Assembly: GCF_009914755.1 (NCBI RefSeq)
Contig: NC_060943.1
DNA length: 64,000 nt
Reading direction: 5' to 3' (one strand)
Source of the DNA: the human T2T-CHM13v2.0 reference genome, Homo sapiens
Each line of letters opens with the position of its first letter. Within the stretch, counting starts at the first letter, position 1. Shown here one piece after another: positions 11,790-37,678 of this stretch. The notes under the pieces were generated by a model that saw only the letters and a list, made by a program, of their open reading frames with translations, did no database searches and was not told the origin of the DNA. Both the position numbers and the translations under genes were made by a program.

Positions 11790-12580
11790 GATGCAGGCCG
11801 CTCACCCGTTGGCTCCCACGACGACAGCAGCCTGGGTAGAAATAGAGCTCACGGCCCAAGTTGAAGCAGACGCGGTCTCCCCCCGAGCCCAGCCCCGCGG
11901 GCGTGGCGGGCGGCTCCCCGGCCCCGGCGCTGTCCGGCTCCCCGAGGCGCACGAGGCTGAGGCGCACGGCGGGCAGGGCGGGCCCGGGTCCGGGGCCTGC
12001 GGGCGGCGGGGACGACGCGGGGCCTGCAGCGCCGGGACCGGAGGCGGAGGCAGGGCCGGGCGGGGGCTGCGGTGGCTGAGGCGGCACCGGAGTCTGGGCG
12101 GAAGCCGGACCCGACCTGCGAGCGGCGCCGTCGCCCGGGAGTAGCTTGTAGAAACCCTCGCGCGTGCGGAATTGCGACTTAATCTCCGCGCAGTCCCCCA
12201 TGGCGGCGCCGGGGCCCGAGCCGCCCTCCGCGCCGCCCGCCGCCATCTTGGGCGCCCCCCGGGCCCCGCCACTGCCGGACTGCCGCCCGCAGCCGGGCCC
12301 CCTCCCGGAAGCCGCTGGCCCGCGCCGGAAAAGGTGGGGTCGTCGCCCGGGCAACGCCTCTTCGATTGGCACCCAGATCCGGAGGCGGGACGAATCCCCG
12401 CGGTCGCTCGGGTAACGGTGCTGGGACTGTGGGCGGGGCGAGAAGGTGGGCGCGGCCTTTGAGCCTGTGACCGACTTGTGGTTGGCTGCGGGGGCGGAGC
12501 CCGCAATGGAAAGAGGCGTGGCCAGTTAGAAAGCTCAAGTCCTTAGCAACCGCGCCCTGGGAACGTTTGCCTAGCAACGG
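11790..12580. promoter_or_regulatory. DMWD: DMWD CpG-island promoter
   Basis: Very CpG dense; YY1 motif CAAGATGGCGGC over the ATG, ETS CCGGAA ~12305 and ~12325, CCAAT 12365-12369 (minus), RFX X-box-like sites 12342, 12403, 12539, 12565. Confidence 0.85.
11806..12246 (-). CDS. DMWD: DMWD (dystrophia myotonica WD repeat protein; WDR20 paralog, USP12/46 cofactor) coding exon 1
   Basis: MAAGGAEGGSGPGAAMGDCAEIKSQFRTREGFYKLL...RELYFYPGCCRRGSQR; Kozak AAGATGG; donor CGG|GTGAGC; 441 nt. Confidence 0.95.
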
Positions 12581-13187
12581 AGGGATTTTTTTTTTTTTTT
12601 CCCCCACGACAAAGAAGCCCTCATCCATAGTCCAGCCTTCCCATGAAGTCACAGCCAACCCCAAGTGACCCTGGTCTCTCCTTAGACGCCCAATATACAC
12701 TCCCCTGACCTCCAGTGTTTCCCACTGACATATTCAAATCCCTGAATGACCACAGCATCTGCTACCATTCTTCCCCACCCTTGGTGACCCACCAAATCCC
12801 TGTGTCCCCACACAACTCAGAGGACTTCCTCTGACCCACTATTGATTAATGCTAACTCCAAACATCCTTCATATTTTCCACCAACCTCCAATGTATATTT
12901 CCATGATTTTCTTATTTTCAACAACCTCACTTGTCCTCCAAAACCTACCTCTGATTCCCAAATTGTATTGATCCCCACGGTGCCCCAGTGTCCCAGTGAT
13001 CCACTCGTAACCCAAAGTCTCCCCCTGATCCCAACAGCTCCTACTCATAGCCAGTGCTCCCCATGTCTGCTGAAGCCACCCAGCCCCATCATAGATCTTT
13101 CTAGTCTCATGTAGTCAATGGCCTCTACGATTTCTCCCTAGAGTGTCCCAAGGGCATCTCACACTTAAAAAAAAAAATCCTACAATG

Positions 13188-15072
13188 GTTCGGGCATGGT
13201 GGCTCATGCCTGGAATCCGAGAATCCCAGCACTTTGGGAGGCTGAGGTGGGAGGATCGTTTGAGCCCAGGAGATCAAGACTGCTATGAATTCACATCACT
13301 GCACTAAAGCCTGGGGGACAGAGTCAGACTCAGTCTCTCTAAAAAAAAAAAAAAAAGAAAGAAAAAAGAATCCTACAATGAAATTGACGTCTTACACCAA
13401 ATCCTCCACCTCTCTTGCATCCCCACCTTAGGGCTAGCTCTGCCGTCCACTCAGTCAACCAGGCCACAGACCTGGGTGTCTTCCTAGATGTGTACCATTT
13501 ATCTTCACTCTGCCCCCGCTTACAGCCTCCAAGTCTTTTGCATTCGACCACGTGGAATTCCTCTTTCTCAGTTCCTTGTTCTCCCTGATCCAAGCTTCTC
13601 CTCTACCCAAGCCCTTCCCCCACCCCCACATCAACCGTGTCTCTTGGTCTCCCAGATTTCTGTCTCACCCCCACTTCCACCTTTCACTTGGCATGTAGAG
13701 AGGTTTTATTTTGTTTTTGTTTTTGTTTTTTTTGAGACAGTCTCACCCTGTCACCCAGGCTGGAGTGCAATGGCTCCATCTCGGCTCAGAGACGGGGTTT
13801 CACCATGTTGGCCAGTCTGGTCTCGAACTCCTGACCTCAGGTGATCCACCCACCTCGGCCTCCCAAAGTGCTGGGAGTACAGGCATGAGCCACTGCACCC
13901 GGCTTTTTTTTTTTGAGACAGAGTCTCGCTCTTGTCACGTGGGCTGGAGTGCAATGGGACGATTTTGGCTCACTGCAACCTCTGCCTCCTGGGTTCAAGT
14001 GATTCTCCTGCCTTAGCCTCCTGAGTGGCTGGGATTACAGGCACCTGCCACCACACCCAGCTACTTTTTTGTAGTTTTAGTAGAGACGGGGTTTCACCAT
14101 GTTGGGCATGCTGGTCTCAAACTCCTGACCTCAGGTGATCCGCCAACCTTGGCCTCCCTAAGTGCTGGGATTACATGTGTGACCCACTGCACTAGGCCTA
14201 GAGAGGTCTTTCTAAAGCATGAATATGATCAGGGCCCTCCCCTGCTCAAAACCCATCTGTAGCTCCCTAGTGCTCTCAGGGGAAAGTTAAGCCCCAAGTG
14301 ATCTGGCCCCTGCCAACCTCTTTTCAATCTCATATCTCACCACTAACTCCTCACACTATCCACCACCTAAAATGAGGCTTGAAAAACTACCCCAACATAT
14401 CACACTCTCTCTTGTCCTTGGGTCTTTGCACATTCTGTTCCCTATTCTTGGAATGCCTTTCCCCATTCTTTTCTTGACCCTTTAAGAGTTGGCTCGGGAG
14501 CTCTGTCAGTCCTCTGGGCTTCCCCATTTGGGCTGTCACTGTCTGGAAATGAGTCTCTCTCCCTATAGTGTTGTGAGGTCCAGGAAGGCAGGACTGCAGC
14601 TGTCTGTGTCCCCAGCACAGGGGTGGGCTGACAGGAGGTATTTCAATAATGGTTTGATGGCTAGGTAAATGAATAAATAAAACAGGTGGGGCTGGTCGCG
14701 GTGGCTCACAGCTGTATCCTAACACTTTGGGAGGCCAAGACAGGCAGATCGCTTGATGCCAGGAGTTCAAGACCAGCTTGGGCAACATAAACCCCATCTC
14801 ATAGTGAGACTCTGAAAAATTGAAAAAATTTAGCTGGGCATGGTGGGCTGTGCCTGCAGTCCTAGTTACTCAGGACCCTGTCTCTACAAAAAATACAAAA
14901 ATTAGTGTATGTGGTGATGTGCACCTGCGGTCTCAGCTACTCCGGAGGCTGAGATGGGAGGACTGCTTGAGCCCAGGAGGTCAAGGCTGCAGGGAGCTGA
15001 GATTGTGCCACTGTACTCTAACCTGGGTGACAGAATGAGACCCTGTCTCAAACAACAACAACAAAAACCAAA
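13188..15072. mobile_element. Alu elements (both orientations, several internally deleted) between RSPH6A and DMWD
   Basis: Alu consensus segments at ~13188-13366(+), 13705-14198(-), 14689-15072(+), embedded in older repeat-like sequence. Confidence 0.85.
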
Positions 15073-15202
15073 CAGGTGGGAGAGACTCTGCCAGGCAATG
15101 TCTGTGCTCTCTGCAGGGCCCAACAGCCCTGGCTTGGAGTCCATGTCAACAGAGGTGGTGAACAAATGAATGAATGGCTCATCCATAATGCCGTGGAGGA
15201 AT

Positions 15203-15208
15203 TTTATT
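15203..15208 (-). terminator. RSPH6A: RSPH6A polyadenylation signal AATAAA
   Basis: TTTATT on + strand ~137 nt after the stop codon. Confidence 0.8.
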
Positions 15209-15344
15209 TGAAGCAGTTGCCTTCCTTTTCTATCCCTGCCCTCTGGGGACAGGAAGCACATAGTGAAAATATAATCCATGCTAACTACCTCTAAGGGGAA
15301 ATTTGCTATCTACCTGCTTGGGGAAAGTGGCTAGAGGGTGGGCC

Positions 15345-15582
15345 TCAGTCATCTGTCTCCTCGCCCTCCTCCTCCTCCTCGCCCTCCTCCTCCTCCTCTG
15401 TGGCTCCCAGGGCTTGTTCCTGGGCTGCTTTCAGAGCCTGCTCCTCTTCCACTGTGGGGTCACTCATCTCCATGATCTCTGGGCCACTGGGGTACTCTTG
15501 TTGAATGGGGGCTGGCAGGGCCGGGTTGAAGCTCTCGGGGCTGTACTTGTGACCCCAGCCGATGTAGATGTTCTCAAACTTT
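15345..15582 (-). CDS. RSPH6A: RSPH6A coding exon 6 (last)
   Basis: [20 protein letters not shown]...[10 protein letters not shown]; TCTCCAG|A acceptor; six exons sum to 2154 nt = 717 aa + stop. Confidence 0.95.
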
Positions 15583-15635
15583 CTGGAGAAGCAGTGAGAC
15601 ACTGTGAAATTCTCCCTCAAAGGCCCCAGACTTGA

Positions 15636-19555
<3,920 letters not shown>

Positions 19556-19922
19556 AGAAGAACTGTCCAGGGGACCCCAGGGACGGAGTTAGCTCCTCCA
19601 GAGAGGGATTCTGCTGCTGTCATCAGGGGGCTGGAGATCCAGGTTCGTATCCTGCAAGTGCTGTGTGACCATAGCCAGTCCCTCCCACTCTCTTATTCTC
19701 CTTGCTCTCATCATGACTCATCACCAAGACCCATCCTAGTGGGCTGGTATTTCCCACTTTAGCCCTGGTGAAACTCCTAGGAGCTATGAGGGCATTAGTC
19801 CTTGGGGCTTCCTGAAGGGGGCCCTCCCCATCTCTGCCCACCCTGGCGAGTTGCCCAGCCCAACCAGGCTTGAAGAAGTCCTGAGAGATTCTCCTGCTGG
19901 GAGGGGCTGGGGGAAGACCTAC

Positions 19923-20040
19923 TTGCCACTGGCATAGGCATAGGCCCCGGGCCAGAGGTTGGAGCGCACAACGGCCACTGAGTACTGCGGGCAGAGGCTG
20001 CAGGACAGGCGGGTGGTCCAGGGTGCCAGGTGCATGATTT
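19923..20040 (-). CDS. RSPH6A: RSPH6A coding exon 5
   Basis: [38 protein letters not shown] (RSPH4/6 family SNLWPGA motif); CAG|AA, AA|GTAGG. Confidence 0.93.
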
Positions 20041-20110
20041 CTGTGGTGGAGAGGCAGCAGAGGGGGGCAGCAGGGTCAGGGAGGCCCCCAGGCCCTGCAC
20101 TGCACCCTGA

Positions 20111-23618
<3,508 letters not shown>

Positions 23619-23721
23619 TTAGTTGCCCAGCAGAGAGTAAGAGCTTGATGTCAGTATTGCAGGGTCATGCGTGAGCCCCCTGCTCCTGCCGTTTGTGAGA
23701 GGCGGGAGTCCCGGCGCTCAC

Positions 23722-24486
23722 CTGCGGCAGGATGTGCTGTGTGTGATGCACCCAGTTGGCCATGGAGTCGACCAGCTCCAGCACGGGGATGCCCTCGAAG
23801 TCCGGGTTCTCCTCGTAGGAGTCGCGCCCAGCACCACCTTCCTCCTCCTCGTCGCCCTCCTCCTCACTAAACTGGTAGAAGCCCAGCGGGCTGACCTGCG
23901 TGGCGGCCGAGATGCGGGCTATCTGGGCCCGCAGGTAGTTGGCCTCGTTGCCCGGGAAGGGTGGGTAGCTGACGACTGGCGTGTCCAGGTAGCCTGTGAA
24001 GAACTTCTTGATCTTTCGGGCGTTCACGATCTGGGCTGGAGTGACGTGGGGCAGCCGCGTCCATGGCAGGCCCGGCTCGTTGCACACAAAGTACAGGTAC
24101 TTGTTGGCGCCTGAGCGGCTCTCCTCCTTGGGGATCACGGGCGGCGGCTTCCATACGGACTTAGGGACGATGTCCACGGCCTTCTCCTCGTCCTCCTCGC
24201 CCTCCTCCTCGCCGTGCGCCTCCATGACCTCGCCACCTTCCGTCATCTCCTCCACCTCCTCCTCCTCTGCCTCCTCCTCGCCCTCCCGGAATTCCACCTC
24301 GGCCACCAGGTAGCTGCGTTTGATTCCCAGGATCTTGCCCCAGAAGCGACAGGTGTGGATGGGCTGCTGCTCCACCAGCTGTTTCATGGCCAGGAAAATG
24401 CGGAAGCTCTCGTCCGAGCTCAGGCCGACGCCGGCCTGCTCGAAGTAGAAGGCAGTCTCCATGATGTTGGGCACTGGTGTCTCCCC
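23722..24486 (-). CDS. RSPH6A: RSPH6A coding exon 3
   Basis: Radial spoke head domain ([37 protein letters not shown]); CAG|GGG, CAG|GTGAGC; 765 nt. Confidence 0.96.
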
Positions 24487-24584
24487 CTGCGCAGGGTAGG
24501 GTGGAGGGCAGAGGGGAGAATGCTGAAGCTCTGCTCCCTAGCCTACCTCTTCCAGACTCTTCTAGAGTCAAGAGAGCTAAAAGA

Positions 24585-29920
<5,336 letters not shown>

Positions 29921-30053
29921 AAGACTGAAGTTGTTTTGTGACTGGATTGTGCAATGCTGTCTTTCGCCTCCAGGCCTTGGCACAGGCTGTGCCCTAAGTA
30001 TGCTTGGGCCCCCACTGTCCCTGATGCCCACCTCTCCTGACTGGCTCACTCAC

Positions 30054-30291
30054 CACCTCCTCCTCCATCTCCTGTTCGCCTTCAGTGCCGCCTCCACTCC
30101 GGGTGAACAGCGCCTTCTGTTTCTCCGCCATCTTGTAGGTGGGCTGCATCTCGGGGTCGTCCCGCAGCGTGTCCAGCTTGGGGTGGAACCACTCCCACTG
30201 CGTGGTGCGGTTCAGAGACTCCAGGACAGACAAGGGGTCCTCAGGCCGCTGGTTCAGGATCTTGGTCAGCAGATTCACCAGGTGCTCGTAC
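30054..30291 (-). CDS. RSPH6A: RSPH6A coding exon 2
   Basis: YEHLVNLLTKILNQRPEDPLSVLESL...EMEEEV; CAG|G, GTG|GTGAGT. Confidence 0.94.
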
Positions 30292-30403
30292 CTGCCTCCC
30301 GCAGGAGGAGTGGGAGGAGAGGGACCTCACTCACTCAGCTCACTGAGCTGGCTCCCATGTGCCTGGCCCTGTGCCTGGTGCTGGGGACACAGTAGGGAAC
30401 TGA

Positions 30404-33612
<3,209 letters not shown>

Positions 33613-33629
33613 GCAAGAGGGCTTGGGGA

Positions 33630-33820
33630 GCCAAATCACGTGTTCTGGAATCCTGACTCTGCCATATCCTAGCTGTGTAGTTTTGGGTAAGCGACCCAAC
33701 TTCTCTGTGTCTCGGTCTCCTCCTCTGTAAAGTAGGATGAGCTGATGTGCTCATCTCCGGTGAGAATTAGGTGAGTGTGTGCAGTGCCAGCACATGTCTG
33801 GGAAGTGAATGCTAGCTGTT
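33630..33820 (-). mobile_element. MIR SINE
   Basis: Minus strand TTTACAGAGGAGGAGACCGAGACACAGAGAAGTTGGGTCGCTTACCCAAAACTACACAGCTAGG. Confidence 0.75.
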
Positions 33821-33967
33821 GTTGGCATTGATTCCGACTCAGCTGAATTAGAGTCACTGGTTTTCCATGAGGGATGATCCCTTGTCTGACTGACTGAGGC
33901 AGGCACTTCGGGTGGGGCCCCTCCCTGCCTGGGTCCCCCACCCGCCCCACTCCTAGCCCCTGCTCAC

Positions 33968-34617
33968 AGGCTGAGGTCGCAATTGATGCTGGTCTGCAGC
34001 AGGTAGGCCTTGGCGTTCTGCACGGCCAGCTCCAGAGGCTCGGGCTCAGGCACCTGGGCACTGTAGTGTGGGAAGCCCAGCTCAGAGGGCAAGAACTGAA
34101 GGGCAGGGTCATCCCTTATGTAAGGCCCGTGCTGGGCACCTTCAGAGAACTGGTCTGTCTGGTAGAGGTTGAACTGGCCCAAGGGGTTGACTGGGGGCTC
34201 CTGGAAGGTGGGGTCCAGTTGCTGGAACAGGCTGCTTTGGCCCTGCTGGAGCCGCTGCAGCATTAGGCTGGTGGTGAGCTCGGCGACCTGCATCCTGCTT
34301 TCATCAGAGTAAGGCTGAGGCTGGAACTCTGAGGGAAAGCCCGTGTTCACAGATGGGTACTCCATGCCACCCAGCCGGGCTTCCTCAGCCTGGAAGACCT
34401 GGGGCATCAGCAAGTTCTCCTGTTGGGACAGGCTGCCCCTCTGTGACCAACCAGGGGCGTTTCGCTGGGCGTCTGGAGGTATCTGCTGCCTCTCCTCGGG
34501 GTCCGCTGCCAGGGCCTGAGCTTGGTCCCGACTGTGCCGCCTCTGGGAGGCCTGAGAAGTCCTCCGGCCCGGAGGCTGCTGGGCAGGGCGCTCAGGGTAG
34601 GGCGGCAGGTCTCCCAT
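33968..34617 (-). CDS. RSPH6A: RSPH6A (radial spoke head 6 homolog A) coding exon 1
   Basis: MGDLPPYPERPAQQPPGRR...AVQNAKAYLLQTSINCDLSL; Kozak ACCATGG; donor CT|GTGAGC; 650 nt. Confidence 0.95.
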
Positions 34618-34880
34618 GGTTCGCCAGGAGGCACAGATCTCTAGGAGAAAGGCTTGCAGACAAGGAGGCCAAGCGAGAGCCACCTGTCGACACCGCCGGT
34701 TTCTGAGCACCGAGAGAGGGGGCCGTTACCCGTGGAGGGCGCGGGGAGCGGGCCAGGGTGGGTTCCGCGCAGGCTCTGGGCGCGCACTCCCGATCCCGCG
34801 CAGCCCCACGGTGGACGTCGCGCCAGACTCGAGACGGCACCCGCGCCCCAGGCCCGCCATCCTTTTTTTTTTCCTTTTCA
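34618..34880 (-). promoter_or_regulatory. RSPH6A: RSPH6A 5' UTR/promoter in a CpG-rich region shared with the SYMPK 3' end
   Basis: CpG-dense stretch between RSPH6A ATG and SYMPK poly(A) signal; RFX half-site GTTACC at 34725. Confidence 0.65.
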
Positions 34881-34903
34881 GTAACTTGCCCAAGTTCACA
34901 TCT

Positions 34904-34909
34904 TTTATT
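34904..34909 (-). terminator. SYMPK: SYMPK polyadenylation signal AATAAA
   Basis: TTTATT on + strand 90 nt after the SYMPK stop. Confidence 0.85.
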
Positions 34910-34999
34910 TCTTTTTAAGGCAAAGCACCCGCAGGTCAAGCCCCGCCCCGTCCCCCAGCCCCGAGTCCCTGTCCCACCCCCTTTCCCCCTCGAGCCCCG

Positions 35000-35137
35000 T
35001 CAGCTGTTCCCCTTGGCCTCGGGTTCCCTGGCGTCCTCGGCAGCCGGGCTGGGAGTCTTCATAGCATCTTCTCCAACAGGTGCGAGGGTCTGGGGGCTCC
35101 GCTCCTCCTTCAAGGTCAGCCCGCCCGCTGCCGTCTC
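35000..35137 (-). CDS. SYMPK: SYMPK last coding exon (exon 27 by inferred numbering)
   Basis: ETAAGGLTLKEERSPQTLAPVGEDAMKTPSPAAEDAREPEAKGNS*; CAG|GAG acceptor. Confidence 0.92.
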   Translation of the reverse strand, partial: ETAAGGLTLKEERSPQTLAPVGEDAMKTPSPAAEDAREPEAKGNS

Positions 35138-35290
35138 CTGGTGAACGGGGAAGGAAAGGGCAGCCGGGTGGAGGGCGCGGTCACCTCCACGCTCCCCTTC
35201 AGGCCCTGCCCCCTGATGGCCCCTCCTCCCCCACCTTCACCCCGGCCCAGATCCGGCTTCTTCCTTCGCAGCGGAGGCTGCTCTCCCTAC

Positions 35291-35623
35291 CTTGGGTAGG
35301 GGGCCCTCGAGACTAGAGTCCAACAGCGCGGCCTCGGTCAGCCCCGAGTCGTCATCCATGCTGATGAAGATGCCCGGGGTCTCGCACTCAGGCCCCTCCT
35401 CCCGGAAATCCATGGCTTCCTCAGACGGGGGCGGGCCTGGCCGGGCCGACGGAGAGGGAGAGGGGGAGGAAGAGGAGGGGGCTCCCACTCCTCCCGGCTT
35501 CAGCTTCTGTTCCTCCTCCAGCTGCCGCTTTAAGGCCTTCTCCTGGGCCAGTCGCAGGCCGATGAGGTCCTGAGGGGGCCGGGGTGCTGGGGCCGGGGCC
35601 AAGGTCAGGGGCTCCAGATCATC
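35291..35623 (-). CDS. SYMPK: SYMPK exon 26
   Basis: DDLEPLTLAPAPAPRPPQDLIGLRLAQEKALKRQL...EGPLPK; AG/GT boundaries, 333 nt. Confidence 0.93.
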
Positions 35624-35921
35624 CTGGGGATAGGGAGGGCCACACAGAAGCTCAGAGGTGGGTGGCTCAGAGGACGGCCGGAAAGAGAAGGAACCACCCT
35701 GAGGTGGTCTTTGAGTTCTTCACCAAGAGCATGGGGAGGAAGGGGCAGTTGTCCCCCAGACCCCCAACTCCCAGCAGGAGCATCCCCTGGGAGACGGGTG
35801 GCCCAGAGGCAGGGGTGGCCTGAGTCTCTCGGGGTCAGGAGGAGGCCATGGTGAGCCTTGCTGGCTTGGGGTAGGGGGTGGGAGTCTGGGGATCCAGATG
35901 GGTGGGCTGCAGGGCCCTCAC

Positions 35922-36017
35922 CTCCTCCAAGGGCCCCGCAGGCGCCTCCTTGGCCTCTGGCTCCTGCTTGCCGCTGGCCTCCAAGATGGTCATGATGGAG
36001 TTAGGGATGTGAGCTTG
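35922..36017 (-). CDS. SYMPK: SYMPK exon 25
   Basis: QAHIPNSIMTILEASGKQEPEAKEAPAGPLEE; 96 nt. Confidence 0.92.
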
Positions 36018-36237
36018 CTGGGTGGAGAGCAGGAAGGGGGCGCTGGGGGCAGCTCTGGCACAGAGACCCCATTTGCACACCTCAGGTCCGGGGGCCCTAA
36101 CCCTCCAGAACTCCCAGCAGTGCAGGGCCTTCTTGTGTCCGCCTCCATCCAGTCCCCACCAACCAGAGGGACCCAGGGGGCCGCCCACCGCACACCCTGG
36201 GTGGGGGGAAAGGGTACCTGGTTGGGGGAAGGGGTAC

Positions 36238-36414
36238 CTGGTGGGGGGTGAAGGAGCGGACATGGGCCAGCAGGGGCTCCCGGAGCTCTGGGCACTTGTC
36301 AAAGACGGCTCCCAGCTGCTGGGGCGGCAGCTGCAGGATGACCTGGAAGCTCTGGGGCTTTGTGCGCTGGCAGCACTTGATGAAGCCCTCCCACACCTTG
36401 GGGTACTTCCACAC
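36238..36414 (-). CDS. SYMPK: SYMPK exon 24
   Basis: [23 protein letters not shown]...SFTPHQ; 177 nt. Confidence 0.94.
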
Positions 36415-36703
36415 CTGAACCAGGGAGGGAGGGAGCCGTCGGGAGAGGCACACAGGCATCCCCCCGAGCCTTGACACTGGGAGAAAGACCTTGCCAAGAC
36501 CATGCCCAAATCCCACCATCCAAGATTCCTCTGGATGGGCAACAAGCAGCCCCGACCTCCCTCCAGAGGCCTTTGTCTTCCCGATCCAGGCGGCTGGACC
36601 ACGAGGGCAACTTGGGAAGGGGGTGGAAGAAAACTCAGCCGCCTTTTACCAGAGCTCCCCCTGGGCCAGGCCCAGGCTAAGTGCTGCGGGAGCACCTCTC
36701 ATG

Positions 36704-36835
36704 ACATTCTCACGGCAGCCTCCAGGGGGCGAAATTACCCCTGCTAAACAGCGGAGGTCCGTGCCGGTGCCGGGACCTGTCCTGGGTCACATGTACATTC
36801 TCACCGCAGCCTCCAGGGGGCGACATTAGTCCTGC
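36704..36835 (+). promoter_or_regulatory. Two tandem CTCF-like motifs within a 41-bp direct duplication
   Basis: GCAGCCTCCAGGGGGCGA at 36715 and 36806; 37/41 identical copies, 91 bp apart. Confidence 0.65.
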
Positions 36836-37342
36836 GGGGTTTGGTTTTTTTGTTCTCTTTTTTTTTTTTTTTTTTTTGAGAGATGGTCTTACTCTGCCGC
36901 CCAGGCTAGAGTGCAGTGAGTGGCGCGTTTCTTCCTCACTGCAGCCCCAAACTCCTGGGCTCAAGCAGTCCTCCTGTCTCGGCCTCCCAAAGAGTTGGCA
37001 TTACAGGTGTGAACCATCACACCTGGCCTTATCGTGGTATTTCTAAAGCCCAAATTTCTAGCACCTCTTAAAAAACTGGGCCATTTTTCAGCTCTGGGAT
37101 GCATCCTGGCCGGGCACACAGCGGTGGAGGGTGAGGAGCAGCCATGCCTCTCCCGGGTGCACACCCCTTGAGGGTTACCACAGCTCCTACCACCCAGCTG
37201 CCCTCCCTCATCACCTGGGAGCTGGCCCAGTCATACACCCTGGAGCACTGCTATTTTCTTGGCAGGAGGCAGAGCAGAGCCTGCTGTCCTCCACCGGGCT
37301 CCCTCCGGGGTCAGACGGGGGAAGGGGAGGGCAAGCAGGCTA

Positions 37343-37678
<336 letters not shown>

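Noticed and set aside
12247-12506. N-terminal extension or alternative-frame ORFs at DMWD (11746..12372, 11802..12506)
   Set aside because: Begin at GTG/TTG within the CpG island, likely at or upstream of the TSS; ATG 12246 has a strong Kozak context and gives the expected 674 aa
34618-34710. 31-aa N-terminal extension of RSPH6A
   Set aside because: Starts at GTG; ATG 34617 (ACCATGG) yields the expected 717 aa
36704-36835. Repeat-spacer-repeat resembling a mini CRISPR array
   Set aside because: Only two copies, human intronic context, no cas genes; better explained as a local duplication containing CTCF motifs
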